Source: a virus (lineage: Duplodnaviria; Heunggongvirae; Uroviricota; Caudoviricetes). Taken from it: a stretch of DNA of 64,000 bases. The stretch lies in IMG/VR virus record IMGVR_UViG_2734482597_000010; one strand, 5' to 3'. The notes beneath the pieces were generated by a model. That model saw only the letters and a program-made list of their open reading frames with translations. It was not told the origin of the DNA and did not search any database. Made by a program: the position numbers and the translations under genes. Below are positions 1-10,564 of the stretch, one piece after another (the stretch's first letter is position 1; the number at the start of each line of letters is the position of its first letter).

Positions 1-1236
1 CTACGATAACCGCGCATTCAACATGGCTACCTGTTCGTCGTTCATGTCATCAATCCACATACCGTAAATTTCATACACCATCTGCGCAGTTTCATGCCCC
101 ATCTGGCTGGCTATAAACGCCGGGTTCGCTCCTGCCGTCAACAGCCAGCAGGCAAAAGTATGCCGCGTATGGTACGGATTACGGCGGCGAATACCAGCAC
201 GTTTTACTGCTGCATTCCATCTCGCACCCAAACTGCTTACCGAGTAATAAGGTTTCTGTTTTCCGTTACACACTCTGGGCATGAAAACAAAATGCAGTTT
301 TTGCTTTTCGGTTCTGCCGTACTCCCGATGATAAAAAGTGATTTCGCTTTTGCGATGATGCCCGGTCAGTTTGTATTGCTCCTTCAGTGCTTCAAGAGCA
401 GGCTGCAGTAGTGTTACCGTCCGGATCCCCGCATTTGTTTTTGGGGGACCGAACATATCCAGTATCGTCAGGTTTCTTCTGACATTCACAACTCCCTTCT
501 CGAAATCCACATCCTCCCACGCCAGAGCAGCCAGTTCCCCGTGACGAAGCCCGGAGTATACGGCAAATTTCCACAAGTTCTGGCTCTGTCCTTTTTCACT
601 TTCCATTAATGCATTGAATTCTGTTTTAGATAACGGGTCAGGCTTTATTCTGTTTCTCTGTAATTTCTTTACTCCTTCAAATGGTTTGGTTGATATAAAT
701 CCCGACTGATACGCAAAACGTAACAACGAACAGAGCAGGGCGATATAGTTATCAACTGTGCGCACGGTTCTTCCTTTTTTGTTGGATCTTGGATTATCCA
801 GGTAAAGCGTTTCTCCATGCAGCAGTTCATTCCGGTAGTTTAAGATATCGCTATAACGAATATGCGATATCGGAGTACTCTCACAAATTATTATCCTGAG
901 TGTTTTTAATTGTGATTTCGTTTTCTTCATTGTGTTTGTTGTTAACTCTGTTTCTTTAATTTTTGTCCAGATATCACAAAGCTCCCCGAACGTTTTTATG
1001 ACCCTCGTTGTCACCATTTTTGCCCCAGTGCTGGACTGGGGAAAACGTCTTAAATACTCAAACTCACCGGAATTGATTTCATGAACTATCAACGCTCTTA
1101 AATTCCCGGCTTTTTTAATGTTACTGTTAGTAACCTCCCAGCCTTTCAATGTTTCCCGACATCGTTTTCCTCGAAACATGAACCAGATGCGAATGTATTT
1201 ACCTCGAATCTCGACACCTGTTGGTAATTTAGACAT
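1..1236 (-). CDS. intR: Rac-type prophage tyrosine integrase
   Basis: 411-aa ORF; matches my recollection of E. coli K-12 Rac IntR; C-terminal tyrosine-recombinase motifs (HTRHTFA, YEIYGMW); stop codon at window edge so att site is outside window. Confidence 0.9.
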   Translation of the reverse strand: MSKLPTGVEIRGKYIRIWFMFRGKRCRETLKGWEVTNSNIKKAGNLRALIVHEINSGEFEYLRRFPQSSTGAKMVTTRVIKTFGELCDIWTKIKETELTTNTMKKTKSQLKTLRIIICESTPISHIRYSDILNYRNELLHGETLYLDNPRSNKKGRTVRTVDNYIALLCSLLRFAYQSGFISTKPFEGVKKLQRNRIKPDPLSKTEFNALMESEKGQSQNLWKFAVYSGLRHGELAALAWEDVDFEKGVVNVRRNLTILDMFGPPKTNAGIRTVTLLQPALEALKEQYKLTGHHRKSEITFYHREYGRTEKQKLHFVFMPRVCNGKQKPYYSVSSLGARWNAAVKRAGIRRRNPYHTRHTFACWLLTAGANPAFIASQMGHETAQMVYEIYGMWIDDMNDEQVAMLNARLS

Positions 1237-1237
1237 A

Positions 1238-1453
1238 TCATGAGTCTTTGATAAACTGATTTATCTTTGGATAGTTATACCAGATAATCCCTCGCTTACT
1301 GTCTGGCTTCCCTAAAGGAGATACTCGTTTGAAGTGGAAGCCTTCCACCCAACAGTTCTGGCGGTATGCTTCAATTTGTCTGGCCCCCAGACCAGTGCGA
1401 AGCATCAGGCCGTATTCAACCATCCACTCTTCATTAAAGATTACTTGTGCCAT
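1238..1453 (-). CDS. xisR: excisionase-like protein (YdaQ/XisR-like)
   Basis: 71 aa from [15 protein letters not shown] within the 79-aa ORF; immediately upstream of int, typical xis position. Confidence 0.7.
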   Translation of the reverse strand: MAQVIFNEEWMVEYGLMLRTGLGARQIEAYRQNCWVEGFHFKRVSPLGKPDSKRGIIWYNYPKINQFIKDS

Positions 1454-1552
1454 CGCATCACCTCTGGCAGGCGCCAATGTTAGACTTAAATTGACGCCCG
1501 ATGTTGATTATTAATAATCAGCTATGAAGTTTTAATTTGAATACAATGCAAT

Positions 1553-1741
1553 TCACGAGGACTGAAGTTTCTCGCAATTAAAATTTATCAGTTTTACTTT
1601 CTGCTCTCTGGAAACGCCTGCTTCTTTTTTACCTGAGAGCATTTTTTCGCATTCTGATTTCGTTAGTTTAGATTTTGAATATCTTGTCCAGTTAGTAGGA
1701 GTGCCACCTTCCTTTTCAATAGTGGCGGTAATTTTATACAT
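1553..1741 (-). CDS. ydaC: small Rac protein YdaC-like (DUF1187)
   Basis: 62 aa from MYKITATIEKEGG inside the 86-aa ORF; start overlaps the expected ralR stop. Confidence 0.5.
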   Translation of the reverse strand: MYKITATIEKEGGTPTNWTRYSKSKLTKSECEKMLSGKKEAGVSREQKVKLINFNCEKLQSS

Positions 1742-1778
1742 GAACACCTCCATTATTATTTCCAGTGGTTCGTTTATT

Positions 1779-1928
1779 TCATCGTTCGAGTGCTTCTTTT
1801 TCACTTCCACCATAACCGGTTCGGGATTCGCATCCGTTACACTTCGCTCGGTAATATCCTGAAATGGCTTTCACCGTTACTGATGGACAACCACAAAATG
1901 GACATGGTTTAACATTGTCATATCTCAT
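1779..1928 (-). CDS. ralR: restriction-alleviation protein RalR/Lar, apparently truncated by an in-frame TGA after 49 codons
   Basis: Reverse translation from ATG at 1928 gives MRYDNVKPCPFCGCPSVTVKAISGYYRAKCNGCESRTGYGGSEKEALER then TGA; the 14 downstream codons still read NKRTTGNNNGGVHV as in the K-12 protein I recall. Confidence 0.5.
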   Translation of the reverse strand: MRYDNVKPCPFCGCPSVTVKAISGYYRAKCNGCESRTGYGGSEKEALER

Positions 1929-1983
1929 AATTTTTCTCATAAAAATATTTCAAGTTGGCGGTGCATTACACCGCCAGGCTGAA

Positions 1984-2793
1984 TTATTCCTCTGAATTAT
2001 CGATTACACTGTATTCCCCGGTTAATACAGAGGAATCTGCAGGATCGATTGTCAGTGGTTCCTTTTCATCCATTGATACTGCACGCTGGATCTCAATTGA
2101 TACGGGCAGATATTTGAACAGGCGACGAATAGCCGTTTTCTTTGCCATTTCTTCCCAGTGAGTTACCCACGGCCCGTTATTACCAGCTTTACTCTGGCTG
2201 CGCACCAGCTCAATCTGTTTGCGCGTCATAACTTCAAACTGAGTACCTCCGTCTTTCAGTCTTGCGACAGCATAGACGTGGGTAACAGGGGCATCTTCGT
2301 TTTCTCCTGGGCGGTGTATTAACTTTTCATCAAGGCCAAATTCGAAATTAAACTCGTCACCTTCACGGACAACACGGGCTGACAGGCTGGCGATTTGACC
2401 TGAACGGCGAGCCAGATCAATCATGCCGCGATAGCCAATGATTAGCTGAACGTTTTTTTTACCGCTCTTTTCGTTTTTATTACCAAAAGGCAGTAAATAT
2501 GCATGACCGAGGGCGCTACCGGGCTCAAGTCCGAGCTGTGAACACTGTACGATTGCACTGACAAAACTCATAGTGTCACAGTTTCCTAACGCCGGAACTT
2601 TACGAATTTCTGTGGTGGCGATACGGATCATACGTTCAGCCGTCATATGGCGTGGAAGAGCTGCTGCCAGTTGCTCTTTCATTGATGGCTGGTTAATAAA
2701 ACTAATCACGTCGTTATTTTTAATTGCTGCTGGTGCACGGTTTCCCTGAGTTTTTTGCAGATCGGCTTTTGCGATTGGTGGTTGCTTAGTCAT
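1984..2793 (-). CDS. recT: RecT single-strand annealing recombinase
   Basis: 269 aa from [14 protein letters not shown] within the 288-aa ORF; sequence as recalled for K-12 RecT. Confidence 0.9.
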   Translation of the reverse strand: MTKQPPIAKADLQKTQGNRAPAAIKNNDVISFINQPSMKEQLAAALPRHMTAERMIRIATTEIRKVPALGNCDTMSFVSAIVQCSQLGLEPGSALGHAYLLPFGNKNEKSGKKNVQLIIGYRGMIDLARRSGQIASLSARVVREGDEFNFEFGLDEKLIHRPGENEDAPVTHVYAVARLKDGGTQFEVMTRKQIELVRSQSKAGNNGPWVTHWEEMAKKTAIRRLFKYLPVSIEIQRAVSMDEKEPLTIDPADSSVLTGEYSVIDNSEE

Positions 2794-5386
2794 TTGCATA
2801 TTCCTTAGCCCAGCGGGGCAGTGATAACGTCTTAATAGCTGGCCATTCATCGGTATTGAGGCAGTCAGCCAGGGTTCGCAGATTGCGGTGATATTCCAGC
2901 TGACCTGCCAGTTTTGCTTCTTCGCCCATCATGAAAATTTCAACCGGATAACGTCCGCATTCAATAGTTGTGCTGGCAACCAGAAAAACGAAAGTTGGCT
3001 GCACTCCAAACTGTGCTTCATAACCGTCACTGTAGAATGCATCCTGAACGTGATAGCGGTAGTCGTAATAAGCGGTTTTGAATCGTTGAATATCCGCCGT
3101 AGTTTTCACGTCCATGATCCAGTGAAATTCAGGGATAATTTTGTCCGGACGGCACCGACACAAAATTGCTGTTTCAGGATCTTCCCAGTAAATTGATGAT
3201 TCAGCGTGTCCGGCGCTTTCAACAAGCCATTGCCCCAGCGGCAAAGCCATAACGCTCTGATACATGAGTTCAATTTTCCGGCCTTCTTCGGCAGTGATAA
3301 CCGTTTTTCCTGTGCTTGCGCATTCCCTCAGAAACGCTTTCTCTTCTTCTTTTCCGGAGTTTGTCCGGCGGTTAAATTCAGGTGCTACGATAAAGCGGTT
3401 ACTGAATTCTTCCGGCTCAAGTACCCGGCAGTGGAAAGCGGTTCCTAAATCGAGCGTTTTTGTCTTTGTGGTGTCCACGGGGGCATTTTTACGCCACAAA
3501 TACAGTGCCGGAGTATCAGCAATGTCATCGAGCTGAGACTTACTGACACCGGGACCCGCGTGGTAATTCTCATTCGAAATTCCGTAATAAATACCTGGCT
3601 CTATGTCTTCTACGATTACGGGATCTGCGACTTCGCCAGTTTCATCACTGCAATCGCGATGCGGATCGCTGCCAGCATTCTCATTGTGCGGATGTTCAGC
3701 GCCTTCCATTTCCTCCGGATCATTTTCCTTAGCTTCAACCTGACTCTCTTCATCGAATGTTTCCTGGTATGTTGCGTCGCCCATCACCGCACCACAGTCA
3801 GGGCAGTTATCCCCGCCAGTCTGGCCGCAGGCATTGCAGGCTATTTCCGGTTCCTGTTGCACTACTGGCTCAGGTTGATTCATATCCGGGCTGGTTTTTT
3901 CCGTTTCTGGCTGGTTCTGGTACACACAATCGCGAGTCTGGATCCCCTTTACCCATTTCGGATCGTTCGGGTCGCTAATTCCGTCAACAAATTCACCACG
4001 TGATGCAGCAAGCAATTTATCGGCATCGACAGGATTTTTTGATGGAATGTTTTTCCGGGCTTCATGGAGTTCTGCCCGCAGTTCCTGATATTTCGCATCA
4101 ACAGAATTTACCTGTGACTGAGCATCCAGCGGCTGCGTGTCCTGATGATGTTCAGTTGCGTCCGGTTCCATTGTTTCAGCCTCTCCCTGTTCAACTGCCG
4201 TTGTTCCAGATGGTTGCGGTTTTTCTTCATCATCCTGTTTTCCTTCTTCTGTTACTCGCTGCGGCATCGGGGCAGAGGAGCGACCGCAGGCAATATCCAC
4301 GATTTCCGGATCAGGGTTGGCATGATCGGTTTCAGTCAGTACTTTGTTCAGATATTCAGTGACGTGCGCGGGGATGACCTCGATCCCAATTGGTGCTTCT
4401 TTTACGGACGCAACCACGATGGCGCGGGAATAATCCAGCCCGCCAGGCATGGTGATGAATTTGTCGCGGAAAACAGAAAAGGGCGGTTTATTTTCAGCGA
4501 TAATTTCCTCAATGCGTTTAGCGTGTGCCGGATGAAGGTTATAGATGTCCAGATCCATTGAACGGGCCAGTACGCCAGTGGCTACGTCCCGCGCCAGTGA
4601 CGTCAGATCGTGTACGAAACCTTCGCCGCGATCGGTGAGGTTTCCGCCGCCAGCATTAGCACCGGAAGCCGTGCGAGTGATGTGTGAAACACGATTACCC
4701 TTCATCCACTCTTTTGTCAGCAGTCCTCGATCGGTGTAGTCAGCGTTCAGGTATGCTTCGAAAAAAGCAGTTATCAGTCCCAGGTTTGAATTACCAGGAT
4801 TAGGGAAAACTTTGTCAGTGTCACGAACCAGTTTGTGGAGTTCGCGAATTTCCAGCGGGTCGAGCAGGCTGGTTTTGTGGGAAACAGCCAGGGCAGTAAC
4901 AGCCGGTAGTTCTTCAGCCCGAGCAATGTGTAATGCCTGGAGTCCGTCGCGTGAAACGTGCGTTACCGGTTTTTCGCTGCCGTGTTGAGCAAGCCAACGA
5001 ATGGGCAGTTCCTGGCCAGAAATTGGGAGTAGCATATTCTCCTCAATCTCAGTCATGTCTTCGCCGTTGACGTTGGTATTGCCTTGATAGTGAGCGTTGT
5101 CTGGTGCTGCTCCCGGTTTTAGTTCCCATGTCATGGAGTCTTTGCTGAGTTGATAGCGTTCACTCCAGGTAAAATCGATCTCACCTTCAGCGGGCAGGTC
5201 ATTAACGACAGGAAAATTCGTGGCAACAGCTTTAAAATAGCTGCTCAGTTTTTTACCTGACTTAACGATCAGGTAGTCCAGAGTGGCACAGGTCGATTCA
5301 AAATCGTTGCTTGCCCACAGGACGACGTCAGGTTCACCGGATGATTTTTTCGCTTTCCGTAACAGGAAGAGTGGTTTTGTGCTCAT
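2786..5386 (-). CDS. recE: exodeoxyribonuclease VIII (RecE)
   Basis: 866-aa ORF, start overlapping recT; full-length match to recalled K-12 RecE. Confidence 0.9.
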   Translation of the reverse strand: MSTKPLFLLRKAKKSSGEPDVVLWASNDFESTCATLDYLIVKSGKKLSSYFKAVATNFPVVNDLPAEGEIDFTWSERYQLSKDSMTWELKPGAAPDNAHYQGNTNVNGEDMTEIEENMLLPISGQELPIRWLAQHGSEKPVTHVSRDGLQALHIARAEELPAVTALAVSHKTSLLDPLEIRELHKLVRDTDKVFPNPGNSNLGLITAFFEAYLNADYTDRGLLTKEWMKGNRVSHITRTASGANAGGGNLTDRGEGFVHDLTSLARDVATGVLARSMDLDIYNLHPAHAKRIEEIIAENKPPFSVFRDKFITMPGGLDYSRAIVVASVKEAPIGIEVIPAHVTEYLNKVLTETDHANPDPEIVDIACGRSSAPMPQRVTEEGKQDDEEKPQPSGTTAVEQGEAETMEPDATEHHQDTQPLDAQSQVNSVDAKYQELRAELHEARKNIPSKNPVDADKLLAASRGEFVDGISDPNDPKWVKGIQTRDCVYQNQPETEKTSPDMNQPEPVVQQEPEIACNACGQTGGDNCPDCGAVMGDATYQETFDEESQVEAKENDPEEMEGAEHPHNENAGSDPHRDCSDETGEVADPVIVEDIEPGIYYGISNENYHAGPGVSKSQLDDIADTPALYLWRKNAPVDTTKTKTLDLGTAFHCRVLEPEEFSNRFIVAPEFNRRTNSGKEEEKAFLRECASTGKTVITAEEGRKIELMYQSVMALPLGQWLVESAGHAESSIYWEDPETAILCRCRPDKIIPEFHWIMDVKTTADIQRFKTAYYDYRYHVQDAFYSDGYEAQFGVQPTFVFLVASTTIECGRYPVEIFMMGEEAKLAGQLEYHRNLRTLADCLNTDEWPAIKTLSLPRWAKEYAND

Positions 5387-5487
5387 TGTTTTTTAACCTC
5401 AACTCAGATTAAAATTCGTTTTGTTCAGTGAATGATCTTGCCGGATACACACTGTTCATAGCCTGCGCCATACGCAGGCTATTTCTT

Positions 5488-5763
5488 TCAGATTTCACCT
5501 TTTAATTTCATTGCAATTAGAGTTGCCAGAAATTCGGCTTTTTTTTCTGCGGGCAGATTCTTTCCGATATGCACCAGGCACATTTTTTTGACACCTTCAT
5601 CAAGTGTTTTTACGTTGCCTGATGGACCATCGATATCAACCACAGTGAATGGGGTTTCTTTATTTTCTGTTTTAATTACGTAGCCAATGCGCTTTCCTTC
5701 CAGATTCACCTCGTGAACAATGTCATCGGTAGTTACAACAGTGGCTTCATAATTGGTAATCAT
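5488..5763 (-). CDS. racC: Rac protein RacC
   Basis: 91 aa from MITNYEATVVTTDD within the 107-aa ORF. Confidence 0.7.
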   Translation of the reverse strand: MITNYEATVVTTDDIVHEVNLEGKRIGYVIKTENKETPFTVVDIDGPSGNVKTLDEGVKKMCLVHIGKNLPAEKKAEFLATLIAMKLKGEI

Positions 5764-5837
5764 GTTTTTCTCCTTAATTAAGGTTGAGCGAATACCTGCC
5801 ATTTCTGGCATAAATTCAGTTTCGAATAGTCAATTAA

Positions 5838-6008
5838 TTAAAGTTCATGTGCCATCTGGTCTTTTTCGGCACAAGCTTCACTGCAATATTTTCTCGGTTC
5901 GTCTTTTGATAAAATCCCGTGCATGAAGTGAAGCATTCTTTCAATAGCTTTGCTTTCTTCAACGTCTTTTTTGCAAAGGTGGTAAGCACATTTTATTTTC
6001 TTAGTCAT
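5838..6008 (-). CDS. ydaE: small Rac protein YdaE (Cys-containing)
   Basis: 56-codon minus-strand ORF read by eye ([14 protein letters not shown]...QMAHEL), ATG overlapping the kilR stop; below the ORF-track size cutoff. Confidence 0.5.
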   Translation of the reverse strand: MTKKIKCAYHLCKKDVEESKAIERMLHFMHGILSKDEPRKYCSEACAEKDQMAHEL

Positions 6009-6229
6009 CACCATGACTCCGCCTTTACAGGTAAACCATCACGACCGAGGAAGACTTTAATCATGCGGTCAGTAATGCATGTTTTTGTGGTCAGGTTACG
6101 AATATATAGTTTTCGCTTTTTAATATTGTTTGCCGAGGCAATATATGTCCGGCCTTCATGAAGAACATAATCGCCAGGAGTCACACACTGACGTGGTATT
6201 TCATCAGTTCCGAAGTGATGTGCAATCAT
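6008..6229 (-). CDS. kilR: FtsZ inhibitor / killing protein KilR
   Basis: 73 aa from [15 protein letters not shown] within the 77-aa ORF. Confidence 0.75.
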   Translation of the reverse strand: MIAHHFGTDEIPRQCVTPGDYVLHEGRTYIASANNIKKRKLYIRNLTTKTCITDRMIKVFLGRDGLPVKAESW

Positions 6230-6670
6230 AATTATCTCCATTTTTACAAATGAACTTTGTTGATGCGGTGCCTGGTGCCTCCAGGTGACTGCAACCAGTT
6301 AACAATTACAGTCGGCTTTCCCACCCAAACCAATAAGGACTAACATGACTTTTAACTGTGCCACGTGCGCTTAGCCGCATTCACCGCATCACAAAATTCA
6401 CTTTAAAAAGGGCGGACATCAGCCGAACTTCAAGAAAAAAACTGATGCCGCCAGGACTACACACAGCAATGTCGTTATTTACAACCGGAGGCGCACTCCC
6501 ACCATTTAAATTTAACAGACAAGACCGACTCTTTATGGATATCGGAAATGCGCCTTCGTGTTGTGCCCGGTTTTATTTCACCACCTCCGGGCTTCGGTGG
6601 TCTCGGCTATACCCCTACAGCGAGAGCTTGTGTTAACATTTCAATACCCTTACAGTTGAGAGTTATTGAT

Positions 6671-7159
6671 ATGTTGGATGTATTTACTCCATTGTTGAAA
6701 CTTTTTGCTAACGAGCCACTCGAAATACTTATGTATACGATTATCATTTTTGGTCTCACTCTCTGGCTGATACCGAAAGAGTTTACTGTCGCATTCAATG
6801 CTTATACTGAAATACCTTGGCTCTTTCAGATTATCGTTTTTGCCTTTTCTTTCGTGGTCGCCATTTCCTTCTCAAGATTGCGAGCACATATTCAAAAGCA
6901 TTATTCATTACTACCAGAGCAACGAGTATTGCTTCGTTTATCTGAGAAAGAAATCGCTGTATTTAAAGATTTCCTTAAAACAGGAAATCTTATTATCACT
7001 TCTCCTTGCCGTAACCCGGTTATGAAAAAATTAGAACGGAAGGGCATCATTCAACATCAGAGTGATAGCGCAAACTGTTCTTATTATCTCGTCACCGAAA
7101 AATACTCCCATTTTATGAAGTTATTCTGGAACAGCAGGAGTAGACGTTTTAATCGTTAG
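6671..7159 (+). CDS. sieB: superinfection exclusion protein B
   Basis: 162 aa from MLDVFTPLLKLF (ATG at 6671) within the 203-aa ORF; hydrophobic N-terminal segments. Confidence 0.8.
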   Translation: MLDVFTPLLKLFANEPLEILMYTIIIFGLTLWLIPKEFTVAFNAYTEIPWLFQIIVFAFSFVVAISFSRLRAHIQKHYSLLPEQRVLLRLSEKEIAVFKDFLKTGNLIITSPCRNPVMKKLERKGIIQHQSDSANCSYYLVTEKYSHFMKLFWNSRSRRFNR

Positions 7160-7311
7160 CTTACTGTGTGCTTCTCCAACCATCGGCGCGCACCAGTTTC
7201 GGTTTTAAATGTTTTGCTTTTGGTATACGTCATGGCAGTGAACGTTCCATCCTGGTTGGGGAACACGCCGCACACCAGGGATTCGTTGTTGCCGAGGTCG
7301 ATTTTTTGCAT
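7156..7311 (-). CDS. ydaF: small Rac protein YdaF-like
   Basis: 51-codon minus-strand ORF read by eye (MQKIDLGNNESLVCGVF...), convergent with sieB. Confidence 0.45.
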   Translation of the reverse strand: MQKIDLGNNESLVCGVFPNQDGTFTAMTYTKSKTFKTETGARRWLEKHTVS

Positions 7312-7321
7312 TTTGCGAATC

Positions 7322-7456
7322 TCACATCTTGTTGCTGTGTATAGCGACTTCTGCCTGCCAGAGATCCCAGTCGTTGCTGCGTAAAGCCTGCACAGCCTGG
7401 TTGTAAGTGATACCGCAACAATCCATCAAATACTGAACTACTTCGTAATGCACCAT
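7322..7456 (-). CDS. ydaG: small Rac protein YdaG-like
   Basis: 44 aa from MVHYEVVQYLMDCCG within the 60-aa ORF. Confidence 0.5.
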   Translation of the reverse strand: MVHYEVVQYLMDCCGITYNQAVQALRSNDWDLWQAEVAIHSNKM

Positions 7457-7746
7457 CTTATCTCTCCCCTTAACGCCGGGTGGCGGAACTGAAACCTGCT
7501 GCACTGCAAAATCTGAACCCTGCCGTCATGTTCATACGCCTCGGGCTGGCTACTTAACCCCTGACCACTGCCTGGTAACTCGAAGTATTGCCCTGCGTTC
7601 TGTGGGGCGGGGTGGGTTGGTAGGTATATAATGTACTTTGTGTTCATTGATGTAAAGTACTATAAGTACATTTTGTGTGTAAAAAAATGAGATGGGATAA
7701 AGTGAAGCACAAACCCGGAGGGGGACGCTACCGGATTTATGCTGGT

Positions 7747-8184
7747 TTAAGAGGCTTTTTGTTTTTTCTTTCGTGCTAGCTCTTCGTAAATTGCATTGTA
7801 CTTCTGTTTTTTCTCCTCAAGAGTTTTTAAAAGTTCATCTGTCTCACTGTCAGGGAGCTCGTCCAGAAGGTCAATGATGATTTTTTGTCTTGGATTTAAC
7901 TCCTGATAGAAACGTACCTGTCCACTTTCTTCTGTATCCTCTCCCAAAAGATAGGTTGGTGTTGTTCCAATGAGTGTTGCTAATTCCCTTAATTTCTCTC
8001 GGCGAGGAATTGTTTCGCCATTAAACCATTTGCTAACCGCTTTTGGTGTTAATTTCATTCGACGGGCAATTTCTGCCTGCCTTCCATGTTGTTCATAACC
8101 AGCGTTTTCACAGGCTAGCGCAAGCCTACTGGCGAACTCTTTACGCGCTTTATCTTCATGAACCATAAGTTCAATGATATTCAC
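7747..8184 (-). CDS. racR: Rac prophage repressor RacR (HTH, cI-like)
   Basis: 145-aa ORF with helix-turn-helix segment (QAEIARRMKLTPKAVSKWFNG); divergent from ydaS. Confidence 0.8.
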   Translation of the reverse strand: MNIIELMVHEDKARKEFASRLALACENAGYEQHGRQAEIARRMKLTPKAVSKWFNGETIPRREKLRELATLIGTTPTYLLGEDTEESGQVRFYQELNPRQKIIIDLLDELPDSETDELLKTLEEKKQKYNAIYEELARKKKQKAS

Positions 8185-8245
8185 TCTTGAATGTACTGTC
8201 AGTTCTGTTATAGCATGTACTCAAAGTTCACATTGTGAGGGTGAT
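8185..8245. promoter_or_regulatory. divergent racR / ydaS promoter-operator region
   Basis: 61-bp intergenic spacer between divergently oriented repressor and cro-like genes; contains repeated ATGTACT-type half sites. Confidence 0.4.
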
Positions 8246-8500
8246 ATGAACCAGAAAACACTTGAAGATGTAATCAAAACTGTTCGCGTTTCTGTTGTGG
8301 CCGACGTTTGTGGTGTCAGCCAAAGAGCAATCTACAAATGGATGGATAACGGAAAATTGCCTCGCACAGAATATACCGGCGAAACAAATTACGCTGAAAA
8401 AATCGCTCATGCATCAAACGGATTATTTTCTGCTGATGTAATTTTAACTATTGGCAGAAATAAAACTACTACGAAAAAGCTGATGGGAGTTGATTCATGA
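8246..8500 (+). CDS. ydaS: Cro-like HTH regulator YdaS
   Basis: ATG at 8246 (MNQKTLEDVIK) within the 108-aa ORF; HTH (VCGVSQRAIYKWMDNG). Confidence 0.75.
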   Translation: MNQKTLEDVIKTVRVSVVADVCGVSQRAIYKWMDNGKLPRTEYTGETNYAEKIAHASNGLFSADVILTIGRNKTTTKKLMGVDS

Positions 8501-8919
8501 AAATCAAGCATGAGCACATCGAGTCAGTGTTGTTAGCCCTGGCAGCCGAAAAAGGGCAGGCATGGGTAGCCAATGCCATTACTGAAGAATATCTGCGCCA
8601 GGGGGGCGGCGAATTGCCCCTGGTACCAGGCAAGGACTGGAATAATCAGCAGAATATCTATCACCGTTGGTTGAAAGGTGAAACGAAAACGCAAAGAGAA
8701 AAAATTCAGAAGCTGATCCCAGCAATTCTGGCAATCCTTCCGCGCGAGCTGCGTCACCGACTCTGCATCTTCGATACCCTGGAACGCCGTGCATTACTGG
8801 CGGCGCAGGAAGCGTTAAGTACGGCAATTGATGCGCATGATGATGCAGTCCAAGCCGTTTACCGGAAAGCGCATTTCAGCGGCGGCGGGTCTTCCGACGA
8901 TTCTGTCATTGTTCATTAA
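8497..8919 (+). CDS. ydaT: Rac protein YdaT (toxic when derepressed)
   Basis: 140-aa ORF overlapping the ydaS stop; sequence as recalled for K-12 YdaT. Confidence 0.75.
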   Translation: MKIKHEHIESVLLALAAEKGQAWVANAITEEYLRQGGGELPLVPGKDWNNQQNIYHRWLKGETKTQREKIQKLIPAILAILPRELRHRLCIFDTLERRALLAAQEALSTAIDAHDDAVQAVYRKAHFSGGGSSDDSVIVH

Positions 8920-8931
8920 GCAAAAGTTTCC

Positions 8932-9789
8932 ATGCTGTTTGTGCTTATTCTAAGCCACCGGGCAGCATCATACGGGGCAATTATGGCCGCATTACCATAC
9001 ATGCAACTGTACATAGCTGATTACCTGGCTGACACCATGCATTTGTCAGCAGAGGAGCATGGTGCGTATTTGTTGCTGATGTTCAATTACTGGCAAACAG
9101 GAAAGCCAATACCTAAAAACAGGCTGGCAAAAATTGCCCGTCTGACTAACGAGCGATGGGCTGATGTTGAACCATCCTTGCAGGAGTTTTTTTGCGATAA
9201 CGGCGAGGAATGGGTGCATCTTCGGATTGAGGAAGATCTGGCATCAGTCAGGGAAAAATTAACCAAAAAATCAGCCGCAGGAAAAGCATCTGTTCAGGCC
9301 AGAAGAAGCAGAAAGGAAGCAGATGTTCAAACAAAACAAGAGAGAAATTTAACAGGTGTTCAAACAGATGTTGAAGTGGTGTTTGAACATGATGTCAACA
9401 CAAAGGCAACTAATAAAGATACAGATAAAGATCTAAAAACAGATCCCCCCCTAAATCCCCCCCGGGGGAATCGAGGTGTCAAAAAGTTTGACCCTCTGGA
9501 TATTGCTTTGCCGAACTGGATTTCTGTCTCGCTTTGGCGTGAGTGGGTTGAATTTCGCCAGGCATTGCGAAAACCGATTCGAACGGAGCAGGGCGCTAAC
9601 GGGGCGATACGGGAGCTGGAAAAATTCCGCCAGCAGGGTTTTTCACCTGAGCAGGTGATTCGACACAGCATCGCCAATGAATACCAGGGCTTGTTCGCGC
9701 CGAAAGGTGTTCGACCTGAGACGTTACTCCGACAGGTTAACACCGTCTCGTTACCGGATAGTGCGATCCCGCCAGGCTTCAGGGGGTAA
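8932..9789 (+). CDS. ydaU: replication-module protein YdaU (DUF1376)
   Basis: 285-aa ORF in the position of a lambdoid O-like gene. Confidence 0.65.
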   Translation: MLFVLILSHRAASYGAIMAALPYMQLYIADYLADTMHLSAEEHGAYLLLMFNYWQTGKPIPKNRLAKIARLTNERWADVEPSLQEFFCDNGEEWVHLRIEEDLASVREKLTKKSAAGKASVQARRSRKEADVQTKQERNLTGVQTDVEVVFEHDVNTKATNKDTDKDLKTDPPLNPPRGNRGVKKFDPLDIALPNWISVSLWREWVEFRQALRKPIRTEQGANGAIRELEKFRQQGFSPEQVIRHSIANEYQGLFAPKGVRPETLLRQVNTVSLPDSAIPPGFRG

Positions 9790-9795
9790 CTGACC

Positions 9796-10542
9796 ATGAA
9801 AAATATTGCGACAGGCGACGTTCTTGAACGTATCCGCAGACTGGCCCCGTCACATGTAACCGCGCCATTCAAGACGGTAGCGGAGTGGCGCGAGTGGCAA
9901 CTTTCCGAAGGCCAGAAACGTTGTGAGGAGATCAACCGTCAGAATCGTCAGTTGCGGGTGGAAAAAATTCTGAATCGCTCTGGCATCCAGCCATTGCACC
10001 GCAAATGCTCGTTTTCGAATTACCAGGTGCAGAACGAAGCGCAGCGATACGCGTTGAGTCAGGCGAAATCCATCGCTGATGAACTGATGANNNNNNNNNN
10101 NNNNNNNNNNNNNNNNNNNNNNNNNNNNNNNNNNNNNNNNNNNNNNNNNNNNNNNNNNNNNNNNNNNNNNNNNNNNNNNNNNNNNNNNNNNNNNNNNNNN
10201 NNNNNNNNNNNNNNNNNNNNNNNNNNNNNNNNNNNNNNNNNNNNNNNNNNNNNNNNNNNNNNNNNNNNNNNNNNNNNNNNNNNNNNNNNNNNNNNNNNNN
10301 NNNNNNNNNNNNNNNNNNNNNNNNNNNNNNNNNNNNNNNNGGTGGTGCTGCACCAGATTGTTGATCGCCGGACAGCGTCGATGCGCAGCGTGGGGATGCT
10401 GACAAACCTGAACTATGAGGCCATGAAAACATTGCTCGGCGAGCGGATTATGGATCGCATGACCATGAACGGCGGGCGATGGGTGAATTTTAACTGGGAG
10501 AGCTGGCGTCCGAATGTCGTCCAGCCAGGAATTGAGAAGTAA
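9796..10542 (+). CDS. ydaV: DnaC-like helicase loader YdaV (interrupted by N run)
   Basis: 248-aa ORF; internal 250-nt N run at 10091-10340 preserves frame. Confidence 0.7.
   Translation: MKNIATGDVLERIRRLAPSHVTAPFKTVAEWREWQLSEGQKRCEEINRQNRQLRVEKILNRSGIQPLHRKCSFSNYQVQNEAQRYALSQAKSIADELMXXXXXXXXXXXXXXXXXXXXXXXXXXXXXXXXXXXXXXXXXXXXXXXXXXXXXXXXXXXXXXXXXXXXXXXXXXXXXXXXXXXXVVLHQIVDRRTASMRSVGMLTNLNYEAMKTLLGERIMDRMTMNGGRWVNFNWESWRPNVVQPGIEK
10091..10340. other. run of 250 N (gap or masked sequence) inside ydaV
   Basis: literal n characters in the sequence. Confidence 1.
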
Positions 10543-10564
10543 TTTTTACCGGGAGGAAATTTTT

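Noticed and set aside
3206-4739. Plus-strand ORFs of 64-147 aa inside recE
   Set aside because: Antisense to a well-supported 866-aa gene; no RBS or context.
9850-10432. Minus-strand ORFs consisting largely of X across the N run in ydaV
   Set aside because: Artefacts of translating the N run.
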